A DNA stretch of 59,161 nucleotides, taken from a virus. Lineage: Duplodnaviria > Caudoviricetes. Shown here piece after piece: positions 44,792-54,700 of the stretch (its first letter is position 1; each line of letters opens with the position of its first letter). The notes under the pieces are model-generated. The model saw nothing but the letters and a program-made list of their open reading frames with translations, was not told the origin of the DNA and searched no databases. Position numbers and translations under genes: made by a program. The stretch is from IMG/VR virus record IMGVR_UViG_3300030104_002956, positions 1 to 59,161 of that record. One strand, 5' to 3'.

Positions 44792-45034
44792 ATGAGCAAA
44801 GAGAAAGTTTTTGCTGATGGGTTTTTATTTAAAACTCGTGAAAATCAACCTGACTGGGTTGTTGGTTCAATGGCGGTTAAAGTTGAGGATGCAGTAGTAT
44901 TCTTAAAAGAAAACGCTAAAAATGGTTGGGTTAATTTAAATATTAACACATCTAAGTCTGGGAAACAATATGTGGAGCTGGACACTTTTGAGCCTACTAA
45001 AAAGAAAGAAACAAAAGAAGAAGTTCCTTTCTAA
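44792..45034 (+). CDS. Putative single-stranded DNA-binding protein
   Basis: Small beta-rich protein with an acidic tail ending EEVPF, located between recombinase/exonuclease and primase. Confidence 0.6.
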   Translation: MSKEKVFADGFLFKTRENQPDWVVGSMAVKVEDAVVFLKENAKNGWVNLNINTSKSGKQYVELDTFEPTKKKETKEEVPF

Positions 45035-45045
45035 ATTTATAAATG

Positions 45046-45235
45046 TGACGGAAATGACGGTTTTTTTAAAAAATATTTTAATATTAAGCGCTTGTTGTAT
45101 AGGATGCTTACTTATTTTATTTTTATTTATTAAAACCGTCAATATCGTCACAAATATATATAACTATATATATATCAATAAGTTAGATAAAGATAAATCG
45201 TCACAAAATCGTCATAAATATGTCACAAAACGTCA
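45046..45235. repeat. Iteron/IHF-site array B (putative replication origin)
   Basis: TGACGG at 45046, 45055; CGTCA at 45137, 45146, 45199, 45210, 45231; TGTCA at 45221; IHF consensus TATCAATAAGTTA at 45173-85. Confidence 0.65.
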
Positions 45236-47625
45236 TAACAATATTTAAAAACATAAAGGATACCACCCAGCCTTTTCATTTACCAGTAAATGACATCATA
45301 GATAGAATAAGAGATGGTCGTTCTGAGGACTTGATAAAAAAGATTAGAACTGAGAAAGATAAGAAAAAAATAAACGAATTAAAACAACAACTACCTGCTA
45401 TTTGTTTTAGTGGTAAGTTCAATAAAAGGAATGATGACTCGATTTTAGAGCATAGTGGCTTGATATGTTTGGACTTTGACAAATATGACAATCAAAAGAA
45501 ATTACATCAGCATAGAGAAAAATTAATCAAGGATGAGTATGTTTATTGTGTTTTCATCTCTCCATCAGGAAAGGGACTCAAGGTTTTAATCAGGGTCCCT
45601 TCTGATATTGATATGCACGTAAAATATTTTGCATCACTACAACAATACTTTGACTCACCTTTTTTTGATAGCACCTCAAAAAACATCTCAAGAGTATGTT
45701 ATGAGAGTTACGATCCTATTGTTCACGTTAATGAAGAATCTTTATTGTGGGATAAAATAATAGATACACCTACGGCAATAGATAAAAAAGAAATTACCAT
45801 ACCGATTACCGACCAAACCAAGATTGTGGACATACTAGTTAAGTGGTGGGAGAAAAAGTACCCAATGAATGAGGGGCAAAGAAATCAAAATGCTTTCATA
45901 TTGGCTTCATCATTCAATGACTTTGGTATTGAGAAGTCACTTGCAGAGTATGTACTAAATGGGTTTCAGTCTCAAGACTTTAATTTAAATGAGATTAAAA
46001 GAACCATTGACTCTGCATATGCCAACATAGCTAATTTTGGAACAAGAGTTTATGAAGACTCAGATACATTGAATGCTATTAAATCAAATGTATTAAAAGG
46101 TAAGTCTAAGACAGATATTAAAAAATACTTTGAGGATATAGATGAGGAAGTTTTAGATAATGTAATAGATAAAATACAGGAAGAAGGTTTTGATAATAAG
46201 TTTTGGACCAAAAATAAAAAGGGTGTGATAAAAATATTTCATTTAAAATTTAAAATGTTTTTAGAAGAAAATGGTTTTTATAAATACAATCCAGAGGGTA
46301 GTAAAAATTATGTGTTTGTAAAGGTCACTAACAATCTAATAGATCACGCATCTGAAAAGCAGATTAAAGATTTTATATTAAAACATTTACTAACTGTCGA
46401 TGACATAGAAGTATATAATTATTTTGCTGAGCACACTAAATATTTTAGAGAAGAATTTTTAACCCTATTAGACTCTATAGATGTATTCTTTATTGAAGAC
46501 ACTAAGAACGAATCTTACATATATTATAAAAACTGTGCAGTTAAAATAACCAACAATACCGTAACACCAATAGACTATATTGATTTAGGTGGATACGTTT
46601 GGAAAGACCACGTTATTGATAGAGATTACACAGACTGCGAGTCTATTGAGTGTGATTACAAAAAATTTGTATCTAACATATGTGCTAAAGATGACAAAAG
46701 AATAGAGTCTACTGAAAGTACTATAGGTTATTTAATGCACGGTTATAAGAATTTATCTTATTGTCCAGCAGTCATTTTAAATGATGAGGTAATTAGTGAT
46801 AATCCAGAGGGAGGAACAGGCAAGGGTTTATTTATGAATGCTTTACAACATATGAAAAAATTAGTAGTTATTGATGGAAAAGGATTCAACTTTGAAAGAT
46901 CCTTTGCTTATCAATTAGTATCAGCAGACACCCAAATACTTTGTTTTGATGACGTTAGAAAACACTTTGATTTTGAAAGACTATTTAGTGTCATTACTGA
47001 AGGATTAACTCTAGAGAAGAAAAATAAAGATGCTATTAAGATTCCTTTTAAAAAGTCACCAAAGGTAGCCATTACTACTAACTATGCAATAAAAGGAAAG
47101 GGTAACTCTTTTGAAAGAAGGAAGTGGGAGTTAGAGTTAAATCAATATTATAATAAATCATTTACTCCATATGATGAGTTTGGTAAGTTGATGTTTGGTG
47201 ATTGGAGTGCTGATGAGTGGTGTAGGTTTGATAACTATATGATATATTGTTTACAGTTTTATATGAATAAAGGATTAGTTAAAAGTTCTTTTGTAAATCT
47301 TAAGATACGTCAGTTATCTGCTGAAACTTGTCACGAATTTATTGAGTGGTGTGGTTTATTAGATGGGAAGAGCCCTAATGAAGATTTTGATAATGGTCAT
47401 AAAATATATAAACAAGAACTTTATATAGATTTTATTTCTGAGAATCCAGACTTTGCTCCAAAAGCCAAGATGACTGTTTCTAGAACTAAGTTTTATCAAT
47501 GGCTAAACTCTTACGCAGTATTTAAAACAGGGGTTAGTCCTGATGAAGGTAAAGACCATAAAGGAAAATGGATAAGAATGAGAAGCAAACACGAAGCAGA
47601 ATATAATAGTAAATTAGACATATGA
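45220..47625 (+). CDS. Primase-helicase (BT4734/VirE-N-like primase, PriCT, C-terminal P-loop helicase)
   Basis: KQQLPAICFSG, HSGLICLDFD, FISPSGKGLK, EGQRN, Walker A GGTGKG, CFDD and ITTN. Confidence 0.85.
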   Translation: MSQNVITIFKNIKDTTQPFHLPVNDIIDRIRDGRSEDLIKKIRTEKDKKKINELKQQLPAICFSGKFNKRNDDSILEHSGLICLDFDKYDNQKKLHQHREKLIKDEYVYCVFISPSGKGLKVLIRVPSDIDMHVKYFASLQQYFDSPFFDSTSKNISRVCYESYDPIVHVNEESLLWDKIIDTPTAIDKKEITIPITDQTKIVDILVKWWEKKYPMNEGQRNQNAFILASSFNDFGIEKSLAEYVLNGFQSQDFNLNEIKRTIDSAYANIANFGTRVYEDSDTLNAIKSNVLKGKSKTDIKKYFEDIDEEVLDNVIDKIQEEGFDNKFWTKNKKGVIKIFHLKFKMFLEENGFYKYNPEGSKNYVFVKVTNNLIDHASEKQIKDFILKHLLTVDDIEVYNYFAEHTKYFREEFLTLLDSIDVFFIEDTKNESYIYYKNCAVKITNNTVTPIDYIDLGGYVWKDHVIDRDYTDCESIECDYKKFVSNICAKDDKRIESTESTIGYLMHGYKNLSYCPAVILNDEVISDNPEGGTGKGLFMNALQHMKKLVVIDGKGFNFERSFAYQLVSADTQILCFDDVRKHFDFERLFSVITEGLTLEKKNKDAIKIPFKKSPKVAITTNYAIKGKGNSFERRKWELELNQYYNKSFTPYDEFGKLMFGDWSADEWCRFDNYMIYCLQFYMNKGLVKSSFVNLKIRQLSAETCHEFIEWCGLLDGKSPNEDFDNGHKIYKQELYIDFISENPDFAPKAKMTVSRTKFYQWLNSYAVFKTGVSPDEGKDHKGKWIRMRSKHEAEYNSKLDI

Positions 47626-47867
47626 AAAGATTAACTGACCCAGATAGAATTCACCAAGCATTTATAAATAGTTATAAAATAATAGTAGAAGGAATGACTG
47701 TTGAAGACATTATAGATGAAATTGAATTTGATGTAGTTAATCTAGATATATTATTTGCTCACGATCCAGAATATCCTGATAATAAATATGTGATAGAGAT
47801 GATGTTTGATCATTTTATGGAGTTAGAAGATTATGAAAAGTGTTCTAAAATTCAAAAATTATTATGA
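47622..47867 (+). CDS. Hypothetical acidic protein (EDYEKCSKI, UVR-like tail)
   Basis: 81-aa coupled ORF. Confidence 0.65.
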   Translation: MKRLTDPDRIHQAFINSYKIIVEGMTVEDIIDEIEFDVVNLDILFAHDPEYPDNKYVIEMMFDHFMELEDYEKCSKIQKLL

Positions 47868-49111
47868 AGTTTAGAGATTATCAGATAGATATTATTAATA
47901 AAGGTTTAGATATATTAAATAAATACAAACTATTGTATCTATCTATGGAGGTCAGAACAGGAAAAACATTAACTTCTTTAGGAATATGTAAGGAGCTTAA
48001 CATTAACAATGTGTTATTCATAACTAAGAAAAAAGCCATTAGTAGTATTGAATCAGATTATAATATGTTGAATCCTGATTTCAATCTTCAAGTTATTAAC
48101 TATGAGAGTTTACATAAAATAGAAGATTATGATTGGGATGTTGTTATTTGTGATGAAGCACATTCTATTGCTGCTTTTCCTAAGCCTAGCAAAAGAGCTA
48201 AAAATGTCAAGGAGCTAGTTCAATCACATAATCCTTACTTAATATTAATGTCAGGGACACCTACTCCAGAGAGTTATTCTCAAATGTATCATCAAGTTTA
48301 CGGATCTACATCCAATCCTTTTTACGATTGTAAAAACTTTTACAAGTTTGCTCATAGATATGTCAATGTAACTAAAAAGAAAATAAATGGATATGACATC
48401 AATGATTACAGCAAGGGTAAGCAAGAGATTATAGATTTAATGAAGCCATATACTTTGTCTTATACTCAGCAACAAGCAGGGTTTAAATCAAAAGTAGACG
48501 AAGAGGTTTTATTAGTAAAAATTGACGAAAAAGTTCAAGAAATTACAAAAATCTTACAAAAAGACAAGGTTTTTGAGATAAATGGAGAATTTATACTTGG
48601 TGATACACCAGTAAAATTAATGAGTAAAATTCATCAGTTATGTAGTGGCACAGTTAAGTTTGAGAGTGGCGCCTCAACGGTTTTAGATTTAAGTAAAGCT
48701 AAGTTTATAAAAGAAAAATTTAAAGGAATAAAGATTGGTATTTTTTATAAGTTTCAAGCAGAGTTAAAAGCATTGAAAGAAGTGTTTGGAGAAAATTTAT
48801 GTACTACTTTAGATGAGTTTGACAGTACAGACAAAAACATTGCACTACAAATTGTAAGTGGTAGAGAAGGAATATCACTAAGGAATGCCAAGTATTTAGT
48901 ATATTACAATATTGACTTTAGTGCTACCAGCTATTGGCAGAGTCGTGATCGTATGACTACTAAAGACAGGTTGTATAATAAAATATATTGGGTTTTTTCC
49001 GAAAAAGGCATTGAGAAGATGATATATAAAGCAGTAAATAATAAAAAAGATTATACGTTAAAACATTTTAAAAAAGATTATGCATCAATTCAATCTAGTA
49101 TACCATTTTAA
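47864..49111 (+). CDS. SF2 (SNF2-like) helicase
   Basis: FRDYQ, RTGKT, DEAH, SGTP, GREGISL and QSRDR motifs. Confidence 0.85.
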   Translation: MKFRDYQIDIINKGLDILNKYKLLYLSMEVRTGKTLTSLGICKELNINNVLFITKKKAISSIESDYNMLNPDFNLQVINYESLHKIEDYDWDVVICDEAHSIAAFPKPSKRAKNVKELVQSHNPYLILMSGTPTPESYSQMYHQVYGSTSNPFYDCKNFYKFAHRYVNVTKKKINGYDINDYSKGKQEIIDLMKPYTLSYTQQQAGFKSKVDEEVLLVKIDEKVQEITKILQKDKVFEINGEFILGDTPVKLMSKIHQLCSGTVKFESGASTVLDLSKAKFIKEKFKGIKIGIFYKFQAELKALKEVFGENLCTTLDEFDSTDKNIALQIVSGREGISLRNAKYLVYYNIDFSATSYWQSRDRMTTKDRLYNKIYWVFSEKGIEKMIYKAVNNKKDYTLKHFKKDYASIQSSIPF

Positions 49112-49240
49112 TCCATATAATAATAACTGGTACTGCATACCAAGAGAAGAGTATATCAACTATTTTAAAGGCGATTGTACTAAATGTGGATCTGGATTTA
49201 GTATTGAAGGAGCTTACTTAAACTATAAAAACAAAACAAA

Positions 49241-49573
49241 ATGACAGAAATAGAAACGTTTGAAAAACAATATCCTGAATTGTCTAAGGAGTTCAAGGAG
49301 ATACAACAAGAGATGTATAAATTATTTGCTAGAAAGCAAATGGATTATGGTTTAAATAATATCGCATTAGGCGGTGATTTAAATAAACCAGAAGACAAAA
49401 ACTTTGCTTTGACAGGTTTATCTATTAGGCTAACTGACAAGATAAGCAGATTAAAGAACTTAATTAAGAATGGAAAGAATTATGTTCCTGGTGAAAGTCA
49501 AGAAGATACGTTTATAGATATAGCTAACTATGGCATAATTGGAATGTTAGTTGGTAGAAACCATTGGAAATGA
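49241..49573 (+). CDS. DUF1599-like / nucleotide-modification-associated helical protein
   Basis: KQMDYG...RLTDKISRLKNL...ESQEDTFIDIANYGII pattern. Confidence 0.7.
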   Translation: MTEIETFEKQYPELSKEFKEIQQEMYKLFARKQMDYGLNNIALGGDLNKPEDKNFALTGLSIRLTDKISRLKNLIKNGKNYVPGESQEDTFIDIANYGIIGMLVGRNHWK

Positions 49574-49971
49574 AAAAGAAAGAACTTCAATTAATTAAAG
49601 ATTTAAACGTTAAATACAATAGCAATTTAAAACCTACTGAAAATGACTATGAAATATTTGATGCACAGACTGATAAATCTGTTATTGAAATTAAAATAAG
49701 AGATGTTATTTACGATACTCATTATATACAAGTAGATAAGTTTTATAATTTATTAATGGTAGGCGAAGCTCTTAACAAAAATCCTTTTTATTTAGTTAAA
49801 GACCCATCTGGAGTTTATTCATATAACTTAAATGAATTAAAAGAAGAAATTATTACGTCAGAAATTGTACCTAAGTTTGCTCCATATAGAACAGAGTTTA
49901 ATAACAATAAAAAAATTACCAAATACTTTTATGAACTACATAAATATAATTCCGTAAATTTACTTAAATGA
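49564..49971 (+). CDS. Putative PD-(D/E)XK nuclease
   Basis: FDA...IEIKIR motif. Confidence 0.55.
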   Translation: MEMKKKELQLIKDLNVKYNSNLKPTENDYEIFDAQTDKSVIEIKIRDVIYDTHYIQVDKFYNLLMVGEALNKNPFYLVKDPSGVYSYNLNELKEEIITSEIVPKFAPYRTEFNNNKKITKYFYELHKYNSVNLLK

Positions 49972-50055
49972 AAGACTGCTTGAAGTTATTAAAAGACTTT
50001 ATTAAAAAGTATCCTAATGACTACGAATTAGGAAGCAGTTTACGTAAATTATATT

Positions 50056-50292
50056 TTGAAAGAAAGTCAAATACAAAACAAGAAAATAAAACAACTTGAA
50101 GAAGAGGGTTATTTTGTTGTAAAACTAGTTTTAACTAATAAAAATGGAATACCTGACTTATTAGCTTTAAAAGACGGAAAGGCATTATTTTTGGAAGTTA
50201 AAAAACCAAATACTAAATTAACTAAACTACAAGAGTATAGAATACAAGAACTTAAAAAACAAGGATTTGACACAGAAGTCTACAAAGGGTAA
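50056..50292 (+). CDS. VRR-NUC-like nuclease / resolvase
   Basis: ESQIQ, GIPDLL, FLEVK and LTKLQ motifs. Confidence 0.8.
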   Translation: MKESQIQNKKIKQLEEEGYFVVKLVLTNKNGIPDLLALKDGKALFLEVKKPNTKLTKLQEYRIQELKKQGFDTEVYKG

Positions 50293-50575
50293 TTTATATG
50301 AAGTCCAGGACAATTTTATCATTAAACTCCAGGATGAATTTCCTATGACAAAATCTTTAAAGATAGCTAAGTTAATTAATAAAAATCTAAAAACTTTAAC
50401 TCCCAAACATAGTTGCACTTATGGTGGAGTTGTACACACCCCAGATCCTACATTTTTTTCTGTAGACTGTATAAAACTATCTAATAAAGTTTATTCTTTT
50501 ACAGACATTAGGGAGATAGATTGTGATGATTACTTGGATTTAATAAACGAAAAATTAATTTTAAATGAAATCTGA
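50267..50575 (+). CDS. Hypothetical protein
   Basis: 102-aa overlapping ORF. Confidence 0.65.
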   Translation: MTQKSTKGNLYEVQDNFIIKLQDEFPMTKSLKIAKLINKNLKTLTPKHSCTYGGVVHTPDPTFFSVDCIKLSNKVYSFTDIREIDCDDYLDLINEKLILNEI

Positions 50576-50885
50576 TTATAAATTAAAACACCATACTTCA
50601 GAAACAGATATTAAAAACATAAAACACTCTTTAGTAAAAGGTGTAAGCATAGAAAAAGTAGCCAATAGATATGGTTTTTCAGTTTCTTTTATTAAAAGAA
50701 ATTTTTATATTTATGCTGTTAACACAGCTGATTGTAGATGTTCTTTGGGAAGTAAGAATGAACCTTATCACCTAAATGAAATGAATTATGGCTTTATTCC
50801 TGAATATAAAGAAGAAGATTTAAATAAAGCAGAAATAGAAGCGTATAACAAATATAAACTTAAATCAATTTTAAATGAGATATAA
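50565..50885 (+). CDS. Hypothetical protein with possible HTH
   Basis: GVSIEKVANRYGFS resembles an HTH. Confidence 0.6.
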   Translation: MKSDYKLKHHTSETDIKNIKHSLVKGVSIEKVANRYGFSVSFIKRNFYIYAVNTADCRCSLGSKNEPYHLNEMNYGFIPEYKEEDLNKAEIEAYNKYKLKSILNEI

Positions 50886-51114
50886 ATTTGAGGACATTGA
50901 AAAAATATTAGAGTTCAAAACTTGGACCGATAAAGATAAGATAGATAAGTTGTTAGAGATTGATTGTAGTTTATATGCTCATTTAGGAATTGACTCTACA
51001 AGAGGAGAAAAGGATGATGTCAAACGTAAAAGTTTAGAGATATATAGAACGATAAAAACAATAGACAAAAAACTTGGTGATGAGTTATTATACTCAGAGG
51101 ATTTGAAACAATGA
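50875..51114 (+). CDS. Hypothetical protein
   Basis: 79-aa ORF. Confidence 0.7.
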   Translation: MRYKFEDIEKILEFKTWTDKDKIDKLLEIDCSLYAHLGIDSTRGEKDDVKRKSLEIYRTIKTIDKKLGDELLYSEDLKQ

Positions 51115-51272
51115 GACATCATCTCACATATGTCAACTTTATAACTAAAATGATTAATGACACTACTGATGACATATATGAAAATTTAATAGATCAAAAC
51201 CAAGAAAACGTCAACAAGTCTTGCAAGGACTTAATTAAAATACTAAACGAATTAATTGATCAGGAAGAATAA
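51111..51272 (+). CDS. 53-aa hypothetical protein (not in ORF track)
   Basis: MRHHLTYVNFITKMINDTTDDIYENL...; ATGA-coupled; last plus-strand gene. Confidence 0.6.
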   Translation: MRHHLTYVNFITKMINDTTDDIYENLIDQNQENVNKSCKDLIKILNELIDQEE

Positions 51273-51640
51273 TGTTCTTCTACGTGACATCTAGAGCAAA
51301 GAACTTTACATTTTGCTATTTCTTTTTCTAATTTATCAATAGACATTCCTCTGTGAACGCCATTACTAACTTCAAATGATTTATTTTTCTCAAAGTGGTG
51401 AAACTCAAGAGCTTGAGTGCAAAATTTAGGATGTGTTTCTTTAGAGTATCCACAAGACTCACAGGCCATTGTTTCTTTTAATTCTCTAAGCCACCTTTGG
51501 TTAACATACCTACGATGTCTTTTCTTTATCCCATAACATTTAGAGCACTGCTTACGCCTGTATCTCTTACCGTTTTTAACTCCAGCAGATGGAAAATAAG
51601 TATCGGGAAAGGATTGATTGCAGATATTGCAAGTGGTCAT
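51260..51640 (-). CDS. HNH endonuclease
   Basis: CxxC pairs, ALEFHH and KCKVLCSRCHVEEH. Confidence 0.8.
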   Translation of the reverse strand: MTTCNICNQSFPDTYFPSAGVKNGKRYRRKQCSKCYGIKKRHRRYVNQRWLRELKETMACESCGYSKETHPKFCTQALEFHHFEKNKSFEVSNGVHRGMSIDKLEKEIAKCKVLCSRCHVEEHYSS

Positions 51641-51709
51641 CCTTTAATTTAGTTATAATACTACTTTGTGATACCTGTGACTAAGGTTTGTTAAAAAAAG
51701 TTAAACACA

Positions 51710-54700
51710 TTATCTACTTGTAGACAGTTTAATTTCTTGTTTTTGTTTTTGCATATCTTTAACATTTCCCCTAACTATATTAGCAGTTTCAGAAGGTAAA
51801 AGACCTATAGTATATAAAAGATAAGCAACAAGATTCATTTTGGCAACATCATTATATTTAGGATCAATTTTTTTAACTTTACCTTTTTTACCCATATATT
51901 CTTTTTGATATTCTCCTCTTTCAGCCATCGGATATAAAACATCATATATATATGTAGCATTTTTTAAATTAATACCAAGTACACCTAATCTTTCTATAGC
52001 AGATTTTCTGTCTTCGGAAAATAATTGAAAAGTTTCTTTTTTCTTTGGTTGAGCAGTTTTTCTACTAGTAGACAGTTGAACCAATTCTTCAGGTTCTTCT
52101 TCAAAAAATTGTCTTAAAAGATAATTTGCAAACGCAATAATAGCAACATCTGTTACTGGTAAAGGAGAAACAATGTCCTTAATCATATTTCCTAATCTTC
52201 CTTTAACCCTATTTTCTAACATTTTTTGTTTTCTTTCCTCATCATCTTCTTCAATAGTAGCTAAATCTAAAGCTTGTAATAAAATCAACCCAATTGCGTT
52301 AAAAGCAATAGTTTCTGCTGCTAACCCTCCTAATGATTTAGCAGATGTTTTTTTATCTTGAGATGTAGAAGTTTGACTAGCTAAAGTGCTTAAGTCACTA
52401 TACATTCTAGTTTTTTGATTTAATAAAAAGTTTGCAAAAGGTAAAACTACCTTTCTACCAAATTGAATAAAAGGATTTTTACTATTAAATATTTCTCCTT
52501 GCAAATCTATATCAGAAACATTTTGTTGCCTACTCACTTGTTGCTCTGCAAAATCAGCAGCTTCTTTATTTATTTTATGAGTATTCCAATCAATTCCATT
52601 AGGATTAATTCCTTGTTTTTTTAAAGAGTTAGTATAATACGAAAGCCAAGAAGCCCTTGCTGCAAATTTATCAGGATTAGCTACAAAAGCTTTTAAGTAA
52701 GCCTGATTAACTTTATCTAATTGATCTACAGCTTTTCCTAAATTACTTTTAGCAGCATTTTCTATTTTAGAATTACTAGACTCTAAAGAACTTAACGACT
52801 GAAGACCTCTGTTTGCGATACCATAACCACTGTTATTTAAAAATTTATTTACAGCTGGATTAGTTAAAAGAGTTAATCCTTTTATAGTTGATACAGGGCC
52901 TGCGTTAGCCATTGTATTTACAATGGGAACTAGTTGTTTTATAAACTGAGTAGGACCACCTAAAGCTCTACCAACTGCTAAAGAAGAAAATTTATTTAAA
53001 CCTCTAATAAATGCTTTATTACTTGGTTTTATAAAAGAAACACCCCTTTTAGCATCTATATATCTTCTTAATCTTTCTGTAATTAAATCTCTATCTGATT
53101 TGTTTGGTATTATTTTAGAATAAGCATCTGAATTTACAAAACCTTTTAGTTGTTGAATACCTTCTGCAGTATATATATCAGTAAGAGCTGCATTTAAACT
53201 TCTACTATTTTGAGAATCAAATCCTAAATTAATTATTCTATTTTCTGGTAAAACAAAACTAGGATTTTTTGGTTTTAACACACCAGTTTCTTTATCATAT
53301 ATAACTTCTCTTGTTCCTTCAAAAATAGGTTCACCTATATCAGCTGTTGAACTAGGCTCTTCAATTAAAGTAAAGGAGTCAGGAGTATAATTTATGTCTT
53401 TACCTAATATTCTATTATATACATTTAAAGATATATCTGCTAAATCATCTCTACGAGCAGCCCATTCATTAGTAATCCATTCAACCGCTTCTTTGTTAGT
53501 AGCATCTACTTTAGCATCAACCTCATCTATGGTAGTAGCGTCTTTTAGTATTTTATCATAAATTTTTTCGTAAACCTCAGCCTTTGTTTGATCATTAGTT
53601 TCTCCAGTTTTTTTTAATCTATCTATACTTTGTTCTACTAACCCTTTTCTTCTTTTAAATTCTTTTTGTTGCTCCTCTAAAGTTCCGTCAACTGTTCTTC
53701 TCATAAAAGCAAACATCCCTCTTTCTACATCATTATCTACTGTATTAAAAGCTTCTCCATTGGGTTTTGTTTTTTTATATTTTTTTATATACTTATCAAA
53801 AACTTGATTATTTTCAGCCTCTGCCTTTGCCGATCCATTTTTTATGTCACTGAAACCACTAGCTTGTTCAAATCTCAATCCTTTTGATTGTCCTTTAAAC
53901 ATAAGTTCAAAAGATATTGGTAAAGAAGCTATATATTTTATCCAGGCTTGAGATAATCCTTTTCTTTTAAAAATTTGAAGAGGTTTAGCTACAAGCCCTT
54001 TCTTTTCTTCTGCTTTTGCTTCTTTTACTCCCTTATCTTGAAATATAGTTGCATTCATACCTCCTGTAGTTTGGTTGGTTGCAAAGTTGGTTAAAGCATC
54101 TAGTGCCCTCAATTGTTCAGCAGGGCTTAAATTATCTAAGTCAACATTTAAAAAGTTTTCAATAATTTTTTGGTCATTAGCAGATATTTTTACTTGGTCA
54201 CCAGTAAAAGGATCGATACCTGTCTTTATTTGTTTTTTTATTATCGCACTATAGGTGGAGAAAGCTTTTTTAATTCCCCTTGCTATAATGTCTGCTTTTT
54301 TCTCAGCTTTTAATTTTATCTCTTTTGGAGTCTTTACACTTTCTTCATCTACACTATTTAAAATTTCTCTCATTTCACCTAGAGATAATTCTTCAGAACT
54401 TAGACCTGTTAATTCTTCAAATGCTTTAGCTTCTTTCTCACGAAGTGTTTGATCTTGAGCTTTTAATTCTTTACTACTGTACTCATCTAATTTCTTAATG
54501 TCTACTGATTCAGCTATCTTAACATCTCCTTTAAAAGTCCTACTTTTTTTAAGCCCTTCTACTATCGCTTCTGCTTGAGAGATATAAGCATTAATGTCAT
54601 TAACTGTTCTAGGATTAATTTTCAAAAATTCTTTAACTGATTGAGCAACAGTTCCCTCTACGTCAGGTGACTTAGATAATTTATTAATTCTCTTTTTAAG

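Noticed and set aside
44970-45248. 92-aa plus-strand ORF from the track
   Set aside because: Low-complexity translation of iteron array B overlapping two real genes; probably spurious.
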